Assembly (NCBI GenBank): GCA_029717555.1 | Contig: JAMDHS010000104.1 | Coordinates: forward strand, 1 to 64,000 | Length of the DNA stretch: 64,000 nucleotides | DNA from: Peribolospora baueri | Lineage: Eukaryota | Direction of reading: 5' to 3' | Program-made: the position numbers and the translations under genes | Notes under the pieces: model-generated | Told to the model about the DNA's origin: nothing | Databases searched by the model: none | Seen by the model: only the letters and a program-made list of their open reading frames with translations | Shown here: piece after piece, positions 24,331 through 36,026 of the stretch | Layout of the letters: every line of letters starts with the position of its first letter | Position numbering within the stretch: the first letter of the stretch is position 1

Positions 24331-27300
24331 ATGGGAAAAGCTAAGAAGGGCGGGAAGAAGAAGGGAGGAGACGACTATTGGTGAGCCTTTTTGTTGCTTG
24401 GGTCGGCACACGTCGATTCTGGACTGGACCGGCCGGCTCGTCTCGTCTTTCCATGCGGTGGCGTCGCTTCGGAGCTCAGCTCACCATTATTTCCGTTTCT
24501 CTTTTCTTCCTCTCTTCTTTTATTATTTGTTCTAGGGAGGACGCTGGCGAGTCCATCCCTTCCGCTCTTGGCGGCACGCCAGAAGGCGCGCCGTCGGACG
24601 GGGACGAGCCGGTGGCCGCTGCCCCGTCGCGCAAGACCTTGTTCGCCGACCTCGGCATCGAAGGTGCAGACGATATGGATGACGACGACGACGACGGAGG
24701 GTTGATGGTGCGTGCAGGCCGTGCGCGCTTCCTTCCGTCCCTATCTTCTTCTTTTTCATTAAGACTGACGCGCCGCTCGGTCCGCTCTTTTCTGTTCATC
24801 CGTTCTCAGTCGGCGATCAAAAAGTCCTCGAAGAAGGAAAAGAAAAAGGCAAAGAAAACGAAAGACGCCACTCCAGCGTCTGAGGACGAGGTGGAGGACG
24901 CTGCCACCGCCGATTTGACCGCTTCCAAGGCGCCGGTGGCGGTCACGGCTGACGACTTGCTTGACGAAGAGTTCGGTCCCGTCAAGGAGAAGAAGGGAAA
25001 GAAGGGCAAGAAGGGCGCCAAGTCTGCGGCCGGTGGCGAGGAAGGGGAAGGAGAAGAGCCGGCGGCAGCCGCAGCCACGAATGAGGTGGACGTCGCCGAG
25101 CCCATGGAGAGCCCCAAGATCTTGTCCAAGAAGGAGAAGGAGAAGTTGAAGAAGGAGAAGGAGAAGGTATGTTATTAGTTTTTTATTTCCGGTTTCCCTC
25201 TAGCTACGGCGAGCAGCGCGTCTTACCCTTTGCGTCCTTCGTTCTTCTTTACACAGGCAAAGAAGAAAGCTCAAGCGGCGGCGAAGAAGGCCGCGTCTGG
25301 GGAGGCGCCAAGCGAGGTGCCGGCTCCGGCTCCGGCAGCTGCAGGAGAGGAGGCCGCTCCCGCTGCAGAGGGCGAAGGGGCGGACGAGGACGAGGGGGAG
25401 GCGGAGGGTGGCGGTGGCGGTGCTTCGGATAAGAAGAAGAAAAAGAAGAAGAAGAAGGCCGCCACTGAGGACAAAAAGGAGGAGCCCGCTGCCGGAAAGA
25501 AGAAGAAAGCGCCCGCTGCTCTGGCCGCGCTGAGGGCAGCCATGGAGGCTCAGAAGGCGGCGGAAGAAGAGGCAAGGAGGCTCGAGGAGGAGACTCGACG
25601 GTGAGTCGACTTGGCCTATTTCATGGTGTGCTCTTCTCGTTTCCCGACGGGCACACGCTGATTTCCTTTGTTGCCGACGTGTCTCACCGGTCCTTCCAGG
25701 CGAGAAGAGGAGGAAGAGCGCTTGCGCGAGGAAGAGGAGCGACGAAAGGAGGAGGAGAAACGTCGCAAAAAGGAGAGGGAGAAGGCGAAGAAGGAGCAGG
25801 CGCGCAGGGAAGGTCGATTGCTCACACCCAAGCAGAAGGCCGAGCGGGCGGCCGCAGAGGCGCGCAAGCAGGCCCTTCTCGCCAGCGGCGCTACCGTCGT
25901 CGGCCTCACCAGCGCTGCCGGTCCTTCCGACGAGGCTTCCCGTCCCAAGAAGGTAGTCGCAACGAGCCGGAAGAAGAGAGGCCCGCAAAAGTCCTCCGGT
26001 CTACCCGTACCAGAGCCCGTCACTCCTGCCGAGACCAAGGAGGAGCCGTCGTCACCAGCACCCGCCACCCCGGAGGAGCAGGCACCGGCACCAGGGCCAA
26101 CAGAAGCGGAAAAGTCAGTGGCGTCGCCGCCCGTGGAGGACGACGTGAAGGACGACTGGGAGGCCGAATCGGAGGAGGAGGTCAAGGACGACGGCGTCAA
26201 GGACAGTTGGGACGCCTCTTCCGCCGAGGATGACGAGAGCAAGCCTGCTGCCGTTGGAACGAAAGCCAAGGCACCCGCACCCGCAACTGCAGCCAAGCCC
26301 CCCCCTTCAGCAAAATCCGCGCCGGCGAAGGCTCCCGCCAAAGCTCCAGCCAAGGCGACATCTGCGGCCGCAGAGGAGTCCTCGTCTGAGGAAGACTCGG
26401 ACGAGTCTTCAGAGGAAGATTCCGACTCGGACAGCAGCTCCGACGGCGATGGCATGACCGCTACGCAGCGGATGGCCGCGCAGAAGAAGGCTGAGGCGGC
26501 GGAGCGTAGAAGGCAGCGCATCGAGCAGGCCATGGCGTCGCGAAACAAAGACGACTTGCGCAGTCCCATCTGTTGTATTCTCGGACACGTCGACACGGGC
26601 AAGACCAAGCTGCTGGACAAGGTGAGCCACGATAGTGACCATGAGCCAGTCGTTGAGGACGAGCTGACTGATGCCCGAGTCTATCTTCTTCCCTTCTGTT
26701 AGATCCGCTCTACAAACGTTCAAGGCGGCGAAGCGGGCGGTATTACGCAGCAGATCGGTGCCACCTACTTCCCGATGGAGGCGATCAAGGCCAAGACGGC
26801 GGTGAGCAACGTGGACGGTACGCAGGAGTACAAGGTGCCTGGACTTCTTGTCATCGACACCCCCGGCCACGAGTCCTTCACCAACCTCCGCAGCCGTGGC
26901 TCGAGCTTGTGTAACATCGCCATCCTCGTCGTCGACATCATGCACGGCCTCGAGCCGCAGACGCTCGAGAGCTTGCGATTGCTGAGAGACAAGAAGACGC
27001 CGTTCATCGTCGCTTTGAACAAGGTGCGTGTTGTCAAACGTACGAAGTTCGCATATCAGACATCTTCCCACATTCTCGTTGGCCGTGGTGTTGACGCGAG
27101 TTCTTGCTCGTTGCCGTCATCGCAGATCGACCGTCTGTACGGCTGGAACGCGATCCCCAACAACGCCGTGCGCGACTCATTGTCGAAGCAGAGCTCGGCC
27201 GTCCAACGCGAGTTCCAAACGCGACTGGAGAAGACGATCCTCGAATTCGCAGAGCAGGGCCTCAACGCCAAGTTGTTTTACGAGAATGACAACTTTGCGC

Positions 27301-28739
27301 GCAACGTCTCTCTTGTCCCCACCTCGGCCATCACGGGCGAAGGCGTGCCGGACATGCTACTCTTGCTCGTTAACCTGACGCAGCAGCGGATGAGCAACCA
27401 GCTGATGTACCTCTCCGAGCTCCAGTGCACCGTGCTCGAGGTCAAGGTCATTGAAGGTCTGGGCACGACGATTGACGTAGTGCTCTCCAACGGCATCCTG
27501 CGCGAAAGCGACAAGATCGTCGTCTGTGGTCTCAACGGGCCGATCGTGACGCAGGTGCGTGCTTTGCTCACTCCACAGCCGCTCAAGGAGCTGCGCATCA
27601 AGTCCGAGTACGTGCATCACAAGGAAGTTAAGGCGGCGCTCGGAGTCAAGATCGTCGCGCCGGACCTCGAGAAAGCCATCGCCGGTTCGCGCCTCCTGCT
27701 GTGCGGGCCGGACGACGATGAGGACGAGCTGAAGGACGAGGTGATGAGCGACCTGACGAGCCTGCTCAACTCGATCGACAAGTCCGGAAAGGGCGTGAGC
27801 GTGCAAGCCTCCACGCTCGGCTCGCTCGAAGCGCTGCTCGACTTCTTGTCCGTCAGCAAGATCCCTGTGAGCGGGATCAACATCGGTCCGGTGCACAAGA
27901 AGGACGTCATGCGCACTGCTACCATGCTCGAACGTGCCAAGGAGCTTGCTTGCATTCTTTGCTTCGACGTGGAGGTGGACAGGGACGCGGAGAAACTCGC
28001 AGAGGAACTCGGCATCCGGTTGTTCAAAGGTAAGTTTCAAGTTAGCGCTGCCGAACCGAAGTCGAGGCCAGCAGTGAACTGATCGCGCATGTGCACCTTC
28101 ACGTTGATTCACTTCGTTGACGCTTGCAGCCGACATCATCTATCACCTCTTCGACGCTTTCACCGCTTACAACGCCGAGATCGTCGAGGCCAAGCGACGA
28201 GACGCGGCGCCTCAGGCCGTCTGGCCCGTGCGTCTTAAGATCATCGCCGCGTTTGCCAAGCGTGACCCGCTCATACTAGGCTGCGACATCCTCGAGGGCA
28301 GCTTGAGAGTCGGCACGCCCATCTGTGTTGTCAAGGTTGATCCTGAGACGAAGAAGAAGGACGTCATTCCGCTCGGCAAGATGTGAGTATGCCCCGGAGT
28401 CGTAAGGAGGTAGATTGCTTATTATAAATGCCACCCTGACCACGATTGTGGACGCTTTTTTTTCTTTCTCTTTCCTCTAGCACCTCTTTGGAGATCAACC
28501 ACCAGGCGAAGGAGGTGGTGAAGAAGTCACAAGCGCACGGCGGAGTGGCTGTCAAGATCGAGCACGCTGTGTACCAGAGTACCAAGATTTTCGGCAGGCA
28601 CTTTGACGAGAAGGATGAGTTGGTGGCGCACGTCTCCAGGCAGAGCATCGACGTGCTCAAGACGACGTTCCGCAGCGAGGTTAGCATGGATGAGTGGGCC
28701 CTCATCAAGAAGCTCAAGGCGCTCATCGGCGTAGACTAA
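24331..28739 (+). CDS. FUN12: Eukaryotic translation initiation factor 5B, multi-exon
   Basis: Charged N-terminus, then [55 protein letters not shown] and [13 protein letters not shown]-terminus [11 protein letters not shown]. Confidence 0.97.
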
Positions 28740-29572
28740 GCGATGCGACGCCAATGTTCGAATCGCCTTCGCCTTCTTGACCTCGCTGCATGTAGGTAGC
28801 CTTAGCTGGCTCGCGTGAGACGATCGCCGTTCGCCAGCAGGAAACCTCTTTTGCGTGACCTATGATTTGATGCTGAGCTGTAAATGCCTGCTAGACTGAC
28901 GTCGAGCATTCCGAGCCTACGTTCGTCGCTCGGGAGAATTGGACGTTCTGCAACTGCGCCCCCGTTCGAACTGTCTTGTGAATGACAGTTCACCTGGAGC
29001 ATTCTTGCCTTGACAAAGGAGTGCACAACATCGCGGTGTCCTGTGTAGTTTTACTTCTCGCCCGGACCTTCAGGGATCTGCTCGCTCAGGCCCTGCAGAA
29101 CCTCGTAAAAGTTCCTCGCTTTAGCCACTTCATGTCGCGTTTCATAGCCCGCCGCCGCGTCTGCTCATCTGGCAGTCAGCACCTTCTCCCTCGCCACCAT
29201 CTTTTTCACCGTCACCATCTCCTCAGCATGAACCCCCTTCCACATCCTGCCTAAGAGTCCTGGGTCTAGCAATAGAGCCCAAGCGAGCGATGCGTTATCA
29301 TTTTGTTTGTTTGTTTGTTTGTTTTCGGGGCTGGGCTTGATCTGCACGGATGGGATGCCTGTGAGAAGGCAGCGGCAACGATCAGAGCAGAGGCGACGTC
29401 CTCTGAGTAGGAGCGACAGTCGAGCGATATAGAGCAAGGCTAATTGGTTTTGGCTTCGCGCTCAAGCGCGCGACTTGAGTCGCTTCGTCCTTGAGCGCCG
29501 CGACGGTGACTTTGAGCGGAGTAAAACTACAAGTACAGTAAGATACAACCAGTTCCGGAAAGTCGCCGCCCA

Positions 29573-31498
29573 TCATCGGCTCACCCTCTCCAGCCACGAC
29601 TTTAGCTCGCAATCCAGATCGCCTTCGCTGGGAATCCAATCCGACGAGTCTGTCTTCCCGCGGAAAGGCGCCTCTTCCTCCGATTTGAGGCCGGACGAGG
29701 GGATCGGATCGGGCGGCGAGGTGGGCAGGGTCTCGAACGCAAAGATGCGACGACGGGTGGACGGGGAGAAGCCTTTGGGCGAGACGAGATTACTCGGTGA
29801 TTTGGGTCCGGGAGAGGAAGAACCTAGCTTGGGACAGGGGGAAACGTGCTTGGCCGACGTCGGGCTCCTGCCCCCGCCGATTAACTTGAGGTCCTCCCCG
29901 TTGGTAAGCGTTCTCGTCGTCATCACGTTTGGCTGAGCGTTGAGCTCTGCCAACCGTCGACGCTTGACACCTCGGAAGTGCTCCTGCCTTCGAGGCGTCG
30001 TCGTCGGCGAGTTTTCGTCCGTGCCATCGTCGCAGTCAGAGCTGGAGTCGAGCCGAGGAGATGATGATGGCGGTGGAGAGCTGTGCATCGTCTCGAACGC
30101 AAAAATCCTCCGGCGAGTTGAGGGCGAGAAGCCCTTGGGAGAGATGACGAGGCGCCCCGGAGATCTTCGTCTGGTGGGAGATGCCAGATCAGACCTAGCC
30201 ACCGGTGCGGGCTCGATGATGCGCCTCGGAGTTTTTCGTCTGGTGGGAGAGGCTAGATCAGACCCAGCCACTGGTGCGGGCTCGATGATGCGTCTCGGCG
30301 TTTTCCGTCTGGTGGGAGAGGCCAGATCAAACCGAGCCACGGGTGTGCGTCCTGGCGTTTTCCGTCCGGTGGGAGATGCCAGGTTGGATCGAGCCACTGG
30401 TGCGGGCTCGATGATGCGTCTCGCCGTTTTTTGTCTGGTGGGAGAGACCAAGTTCGATTGTGCCACTGGTGGGGGTGCGGGTTTGGACTTGGACTTGGGC
30501 TTGGGCTTGGGCTTGGTGCGTACGGCACCAAACCCTGCCAGGTCGCGGTACTTGACCATGAGGGTCTCGCCGGCAAACGTAGACAGCGGAGAGAGCGAGC
30601 TGTGCATATAGGGCGTCTGCTGCGTCGGCGTTGGTGGGTCTGCCTTGGCGGGGGACTCTGTCGCTGAGGAGCGGTCAGGAGACAGTTGGACAGGCGATCT
30701 GGCGGCGCTGGGCACGGCGCCAGAACGAGAGTCGTCTGGTGCGGATTTGAGTGGCAACCGATGCGGACGAGAAGAAGGATCGGTCTCGTCGTTGAAAGGG
30801 CCCGGCGAGCGCACCGAGCGAGGTAGAGAGGGTCTAATGGGCGAGCCGAGGCGACGCGAGGGAAGGACGGGCGCGGTGGTAGGAGTGGCGGGTGCAACGG
30901 ACCGCTGGGGAGTAGAGGTGGTCTGTCTGGGCGCAGAAACAGACTGCTTGGCGGTAGGAGCAACGTGCCGAGGTGTAGAAACGATATGACCGGGCGTGAA
31001 GTAAGAGAACAGAGTTGTCTGCTTTCGCCCGGTCGTCTGGGCGCCAGACGACTGCATTTGCTGCCAGACGTCGTCGCCCGCTTGTTCGTTTTCGTCCGTA
31101 GAACGCTTCGGTCGCTTTGACCGAGGTTTAGTGTCTGTGTTCCGGTGCGTCGGAGTGGGGGTCGTCCTGGGCTTGGACGCCGGTCGTGGTCGGGCCGAAG
31201 AGGACGGGGCGGGTGGGTTGGAGGGCGATGGGCGTACGGTCCTTGGGGATGGGTACCGCTGCCCCGGAGGCAGGGGTCGAATCCACGCGGAAGAAGTGAG
31301 AGGCGAGTCCATTGGCGACGGTGCTGCTGGACGACGAGGCGAAGGGAATGGCGTCGACGTCGAGCGCAGATGCGGCCTTTGCAAGATGGACGACGTCGGC
31401 AGACTTAATTTAACGCGTCGCCGCGCGCTGAGCGGAGAGCGCGATCGCCGCCAAAGGCCGAAGGGGGGCACTGCAGCAGCATTTCATTTCGGGTCCAT
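29573..31498 (-). CDS. Disordered Pro/Ser/Arg-rich protein with PIP-box-like motif and 23-aa repeats (start uncertain; probably more 3' exons)
   Basis: 632-codon open frame containing RKQTTLFSYF and repeats of ASPTRRKTPRRIIEPAPVARSDL. The upstream MDPK is separated from it by an in-frame TGA (31484-31486). A GTGAGC donor lies near 29584. Confidence 0.55.
30150..30470 (-). repeat. Coding minisatellite, about 69-bp unit, about 4.5 copies (one internally shortened)
   Basis: Recurrent TTTCGTCTGGTGGGAGA...GCCACTGGTGCGGGCTCGATGATGCG on the + strand. Confidence 0.85.
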
Positions 31499-31778
31499 GC
31501 TGCGGCTTGACGTCAAGCAATACAACAGGGGAGACAGCTCGTTGCACGACGGAGGAACAATATGAAGACAGTTACAGCAGAGGAAGCCAACGGCGGCGCC
31601 ATCGCAAGCCATGGCCATCCCTCCTCTCGCCAGCTTGGAGACCAAGCCCGCCCGCTGAACTGAACGTCGCAAAGGGAATGCAAACGACGTTAAGTCCCCG
31701 AGGTTTTCAGACAAATGGGCAACAGTTATCTAACCTTTCCTCACCATCTGCTGCTGCTGCTGCCCCGTCGTCGCACGC

Positions 31779-31928
31779 CTAGGAGTTTTGACCAGGCTTA
31801 GGGTGGCGACAGAGATAACCGTCAGGCTTCAGGCTTTGACAATAGTTGTCCGCATCCGAATTCCAGACACCGCACCCAGGGCAAATCCAGGCCGAGTTTA
31901 CGAGTGGGCTCAACCAGCTGATGGCCAT
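31779..31928 (-). CDS. RanBP2-like zinc-finger microprotein, copy 1 (49 aa)
   Basis: MAISWLSPLVNSAWICPGCGVWNSDADNYCQSLKPDGYLCRHPKPGQNS. Start context ACAACCATGG; CATATAAAA lies about 95 nt upstream; paralogues are adjacent. Confidence 0.85.
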   Translation of the reverse strand: MAISWLSPLVNSAWICPGCGVWNSDADNYCQSLKPDGYLCRHPKPGQNS

Positions 31929-32291
31929 GGTTGTTGTTTCAGGTGTCCTTTGTTGCTCTTTGAGAAGAGAGACGTGAGTGCACACTACTGAGCGTCGGTC
32001 GATGGTAATGCGGGCCCCGGTTTTATATGTTTTTCCAGTCATGAAACTCAGCCGCGAACGTGGGCCGGCATCACCGTCGTTACGGCGGACAGAATCGGGA
32101 GGAACGAGACTTGTCGCCGCGGTCGACAAGCGACGACGAACTACTGTATGAGAAATAAGAGTATCAAGCGCTGGCCATCCTCGCGGCGTTTAGCCCTCGA
32201 TGGATGTAAATCCGACCGACGAGACGACAGGAAGGAACGCACTCCACTCACTCACCGTTAGCTACTGCTCCGCGGCGCAAGCTCAGGCGGC

Positions 32292-32443
32292 TTACTTGGA
32301 CTGGGGCTTTGGAGAGTCCGCATGCTTTTTCCATTGTTGAAATACCTCCTGACGATGCTTTGGGGTATCTTCGAAGTTCGGGAACCTGCCGTTCGGGTAA
32401 TTGTCCCGTTGGCGTTCGAGACGACGAGAGATGTCGATGTCGT
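32292..32443 (-). pseudogene. Zinc-finger microprotein pseudogene, copy 2
   Basis: ACG replaces ATG. IDISRRL..NA, YPNGRFPN and (A)CG..KPQSK* are present with frameshifts and lost Cys. It keeps the upstream motif (32565-32582) and the GTGAGT donor at 32255. Confidence 0.6.
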
Positions 32444-32923
32444 TGTCGGATCGGGCAAGGAGTGCGTGCGTGCATTCCGGTGAGATAAGAGACAATAGAC
32501 GAGAGACAATGGGGCGAACGCAAAGCAAGGGCCGCACGTGGAGGGACGGCACGGCGGGCGGGCACGCCTCAAATGGCTTTCGAGCGTCATCTCAGGAGCT
32601 AAGCTTTGACTTCAGCACGACTAACTTAAAGCATAGCGCTGAGAGGAGATGGACCGTACACAAAAGCAAACGCTGATGGCGGAGAGAATGAGAGAAGGCG
32701 AACGAAGACGTCGGCGCGGTCGGAAACTTTACTCGCTAGCTATTGTGCTCGGCGCGGGCTGCCTGCCGCAGCATTCAACACGACTAGCCATCTCATAGCG
32801 CAATGAGGGAACGACGCTCAGTCCTCGCTTGGCAAGCGGGAAGAGAGAGCGTACTACAGAGATCTTTTTCCACTCACCGCTCGGACGGCTTCATTGCGTA
32901 AAGCTAGGGCGCCTTAACTCGCT

Positions 32924-33067
32924 CTACGTCGAAGGCCTGCGGTAGTCGCACGATGTGCCGTCTCTTCTTGTGTTTACACAGAACACTGAGTTGTCCACGT
33001 TCACGTAGTTGCACTGAGGGCATGTCCAGACTGCGTTGACGAGGGAACGCAAGATGTTGATGGCCAT
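32924..33067 (-). CDS. RanBP2-like zinc-finger microprotein, copy 3 (47 aa)
   Basis: MAINILRSLVNAVWTCPQCNYVNVDNSVFCVNTRRDGTSCDYRRPST; start context ACCACCATGG. Confidence 0.87.
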   Translation of the reverse strand: MAINILRSLVNAVWTCPQCNYVNVDNSVFCVNTRRDGTSCDYRRPST

Positions 33068-33512
33068 GGTGGTAGTGGGAGAATCGGTTAAGGGTTGTGA
33101 GTCTGCTTGTGAGGAGAGAGATGAAGAACACGACGGAGGAGGGACGACGACGAGCGCACGGTATAATGCGCCGGGCGACGGCACTCCAGGCTGGCTTTAA
33201 TGGTTTCCAGTCCTCTCGGTGGCTGACCTTTTGTGCGCTCCAACACGATTAACTTCAGAACGTCGTGGTGAATTGGTAAAACAGAGCCGGGCTTTTGCTA
33301 CATTACATCGAGCAGAAAACACATCAATCACATCGGACGGGCGCCGTGGCTACGGGTGGGGAGGAGGGACGACTTGTCGGCACGCTCCGAAAGCTACCGC
33401 CAGCTACTGCAGTGGCAGTGGGGCCAGCCTCGGCTGAACGTCGCAGAGATAACGCGATCGACGACGTTTAGCGCTTCGTCCCACAAGCCACAAAGGCCAA
33501 AGGAAACCTACG

Positions 33513-33659
33513 TTACTCGGGCTTTGGCTTTATGAAGGCGCACCTTCCGCCGTCTTGCCTTATCCCCGCACAATAAGTCGTGTTGTCCGTGTTGCTGTAG
33601 CCGCAGTTGGGGCAGTCCCAGAAGGCGTTGACGAGCGGACGGAAAACTTTAAAGGCCAT
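33513..33659 (-). CDS. RanBP2-like zinc-finger microprotein, copy 4 (48 aa)
   Basis: MAFKVFRPLVNAFWDCPNCGYSNTDNTTYCAGIRQDGGRCAFIKPKPE. Confidence 0.87.
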   Translation of the reverse strand: MAFKVFRPLVNAFWDCPNCGYSNTDNTTYCAGIRQDGGRCAFIKPKPE

Positions 33660-34466
33660 TGTTAAGTCGTGGTCAGAGACGCGGAGAGGCGTGTATGAGG
33701 TTGGAGCAGCGACGATCGCGATGGGGTGGTGCCCGTCGGCGGACGACACGGAGTACGCCGCCTTAAATGCTTTCCCGTCTTCCTCAGCCCATGGCCAAGT
33801 CAAGGTCGGGGCCTGCTGACCTCGCCAGCAGGCCAGCCCAGCCCAGCCACGCACGCGCTATTACAACGGCTAAATCGGCATCTGGGCGGAGAGGAAATGC
33901 ACGGCCGGGTTGGTACGTCCGACGAACGCCGGTGGACGATCAGAGAGCGAGAGAGCCATCGATGACGCTCGGAGCGATGTCATGGGCTACGTGGTCCCTG
34001 GCTGGGCGCGAGGCGTAGGACGCCCGTCCACCCGATTTATGATCCCATCTTAAAATGCATTCCCGTAACCTCACGAGGGCAAAGGGGACGGCGGGCGCGC
34101 ATTGACACGGGAGCGTCACTTCAACAACAACGCGGACACGATGATCGTTGCGATAAGGTGGAATGCACAGTCGGGCCAAGCCAACGTGGGGAACATGGGG
34201 CAGTATGTAACGTCGTCAGACAACGAACGCCGTCCGCACGGTCGGAAAATGATGACTTGTGCACGAGTAAGGAGGAGAGTTTCCAGCACTGGTCGTCGTT
34301 CCTCTCAAGAGGCGAGCCCTCGCAGCTGAGCGTCGCAAAGTGCAAACGGAAGGGCGTTGAGTTCGCTGATGGACCAAAAACCAACAGACGAGACAGCGGC
34401 AAAGAGTCGGTCCATCGGTCCCCGACTCACCCTTTCCTACTCCTTCGCCATATGAGCATAGGAGGC

Positions 34467-34616
34467 TTAAAGGCTATCTTCAGGCTTGGTATAGTTGCAT
34501 GTGCTGCCATCGCGCAATCGCCCCTCACAATAGTTTGCGCTTTCCCAGTTCTTATAACCGCACCGAGGGCAGGACCAGGCTGCGTTTACGAGGGGGCGGA
34601 AGATGGTTACGGCCAT
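34467..34616 (-). CDS. RanBP2-like zinc-finger microprotein, copy 5 (49 aa)
   Basis: MAVTIFRPLVNAAWSCPRCGYKNWESANYCEGRLRDGSTCNYTKPEDSL. Confidence 0.87.
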   Translation of the reverse strand: MAVTIFRPLVNAAWSCPRCGYKNWESANYCEGRLRDGSTCNYTKPEDSL

Positions 34617-35169
34617 GGTCGTCGTGGAGGCGTGCTTATATGGGCGAAGAAATGCGGAGCGATGGGAAGAGAGAGAATGATGAGCGCAAAATAGCGGGCG
34701 TTCGGGCGTTAGTGGACGGTAGAGCACGCCGTTCCTTGCCGTTTTAAATGCTTTGCTCTCGTCTCGTCTCACAACCGGCCGAAAGACGGCAGCTGACCGT
34801 CTCCTTCTCCCCGCCACGTGCCTTCAACGTGCTTCAACGAGGGAACGAGGCCAACTCGGACGTCGCTTTCGATACGGCCAACTCAAACCTCCTCGCATCG
34901 AGATGGGAATACACCGTCGGGCCGACCTGGCGGGAACGCGGGGCAGCGTGAGCGTACACCGAAATGAACGCCGTCGCTAGGCCACGGTCCGAAGGCGATG
35001 ACGACAGACGAGCTTTGGGAGAGCACCGTTCGTCTCGAGACCACGTCCATCGCCCTGGACGACCCAAAGCGCAGACGGCGCTCATCACTCGTTGTACGGA
35101 TCAAAGCCGACGGACACGTTGGCGGGATCGCCTTCTGCTCACCGTTTTCCCGCCCCTCGTCACATAAAC

Positions 35170-35307
35170 CTAGAAGTTGGGCGGCCGAGGGCAGTAGTAG
35201 CACAAACGTGCTTTCGGTCGTCTTCCGCGGACAACTGACCTCTCTCTCTCGTACCACCACACGGTTTTTACTTGACAGACGGAGTCAAACCGTCAAAGGA
35301 GCACCGT
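35170..35307 (-). pseudogene. Zinc-finger microprotein pseudogene, copy 6
   Basis: Leader remnant LTPSVK*, then C(+1 nt)RGRRPKARLCYYCPRPPNF*, which restores C-x9-C. Ends AAC TTC TAG, like the AAC TCC TAG of copy 1. It is followed by the family intron (donor 35142, acceptor CTTTGGGTCGTCCAG ending 35055). Confidence 0.55.
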
Positions 35308-36026
35308 GGCTAGGGTCGGAAGACGCAAACCGGAGCAGCAAGGAGGGAGGGAGGGAGGCGCATTTTCAAGCGCTTGCCTTGAGGCGTCCAAAGCACGAGG
35401 GACGACGTTGAGTCGCCGAGGGATGAAGATGAAGAGCCAACGGAAACGCGATAGGGGGCCCAATGTGATGGCGTTCACCGTTTCCCACTCCTACGTCCGC
35501 ACAAGCACACGCGAACCACCGCCCACCTCGTCTGCGCAAAAACGGTCGCTTTCTGCATACGGGGGCACAGGACAGTACGACGTTGCAAAACGTAGAGCGA
35601 TATGTACAAATACATCGAACGAACAAAGCTGGCGGGAGGAAGCAGGAGGAAGGACGACGGCCTGTGGAACACGGACACGGTCGAGAAGGATGGCTGATTA
35701 CGGTACCGATGAAGATGGCGGGGACTGCTAATGTAGGAGCGGACTGCAAAGCGGGGTGCTTTGACGCCGAGACAAGATTGGTTCAAAGCAAGGCCAAGGT
35801 TGAGGTGGAGCTAGCCGGGACAGCCGAACGCGCACGCTCGTCGTCATCGCCACCCATCCGCCCAAACGTTGGCTGCGCTGACTGCGAGTAGTACAAAGGG
35901 ACGCCGGCGATGGCAAAAGCGTCGCCAGCTCACTTGCCGCTGAATGTCGCAAAGCGCGGACGGAGATTCAGTCGTCGGTGGAACCCACAGACATCAGTTT
36001 GGCGACGGAAGACGCCGACTCTCCAC

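Noticed and set aside
30150..30470. Repeat resembling a CRISPR array
   Set aside because: The context is eukaryotic, the units are in-frame coding repeats without unique spacers, and there are no cas genes.
33860..34140. Possible eighth zinc-finger unit
   Set aside because: Only a weak echo of the downstream block and a lone donor-like site are present, with no coding remnant.
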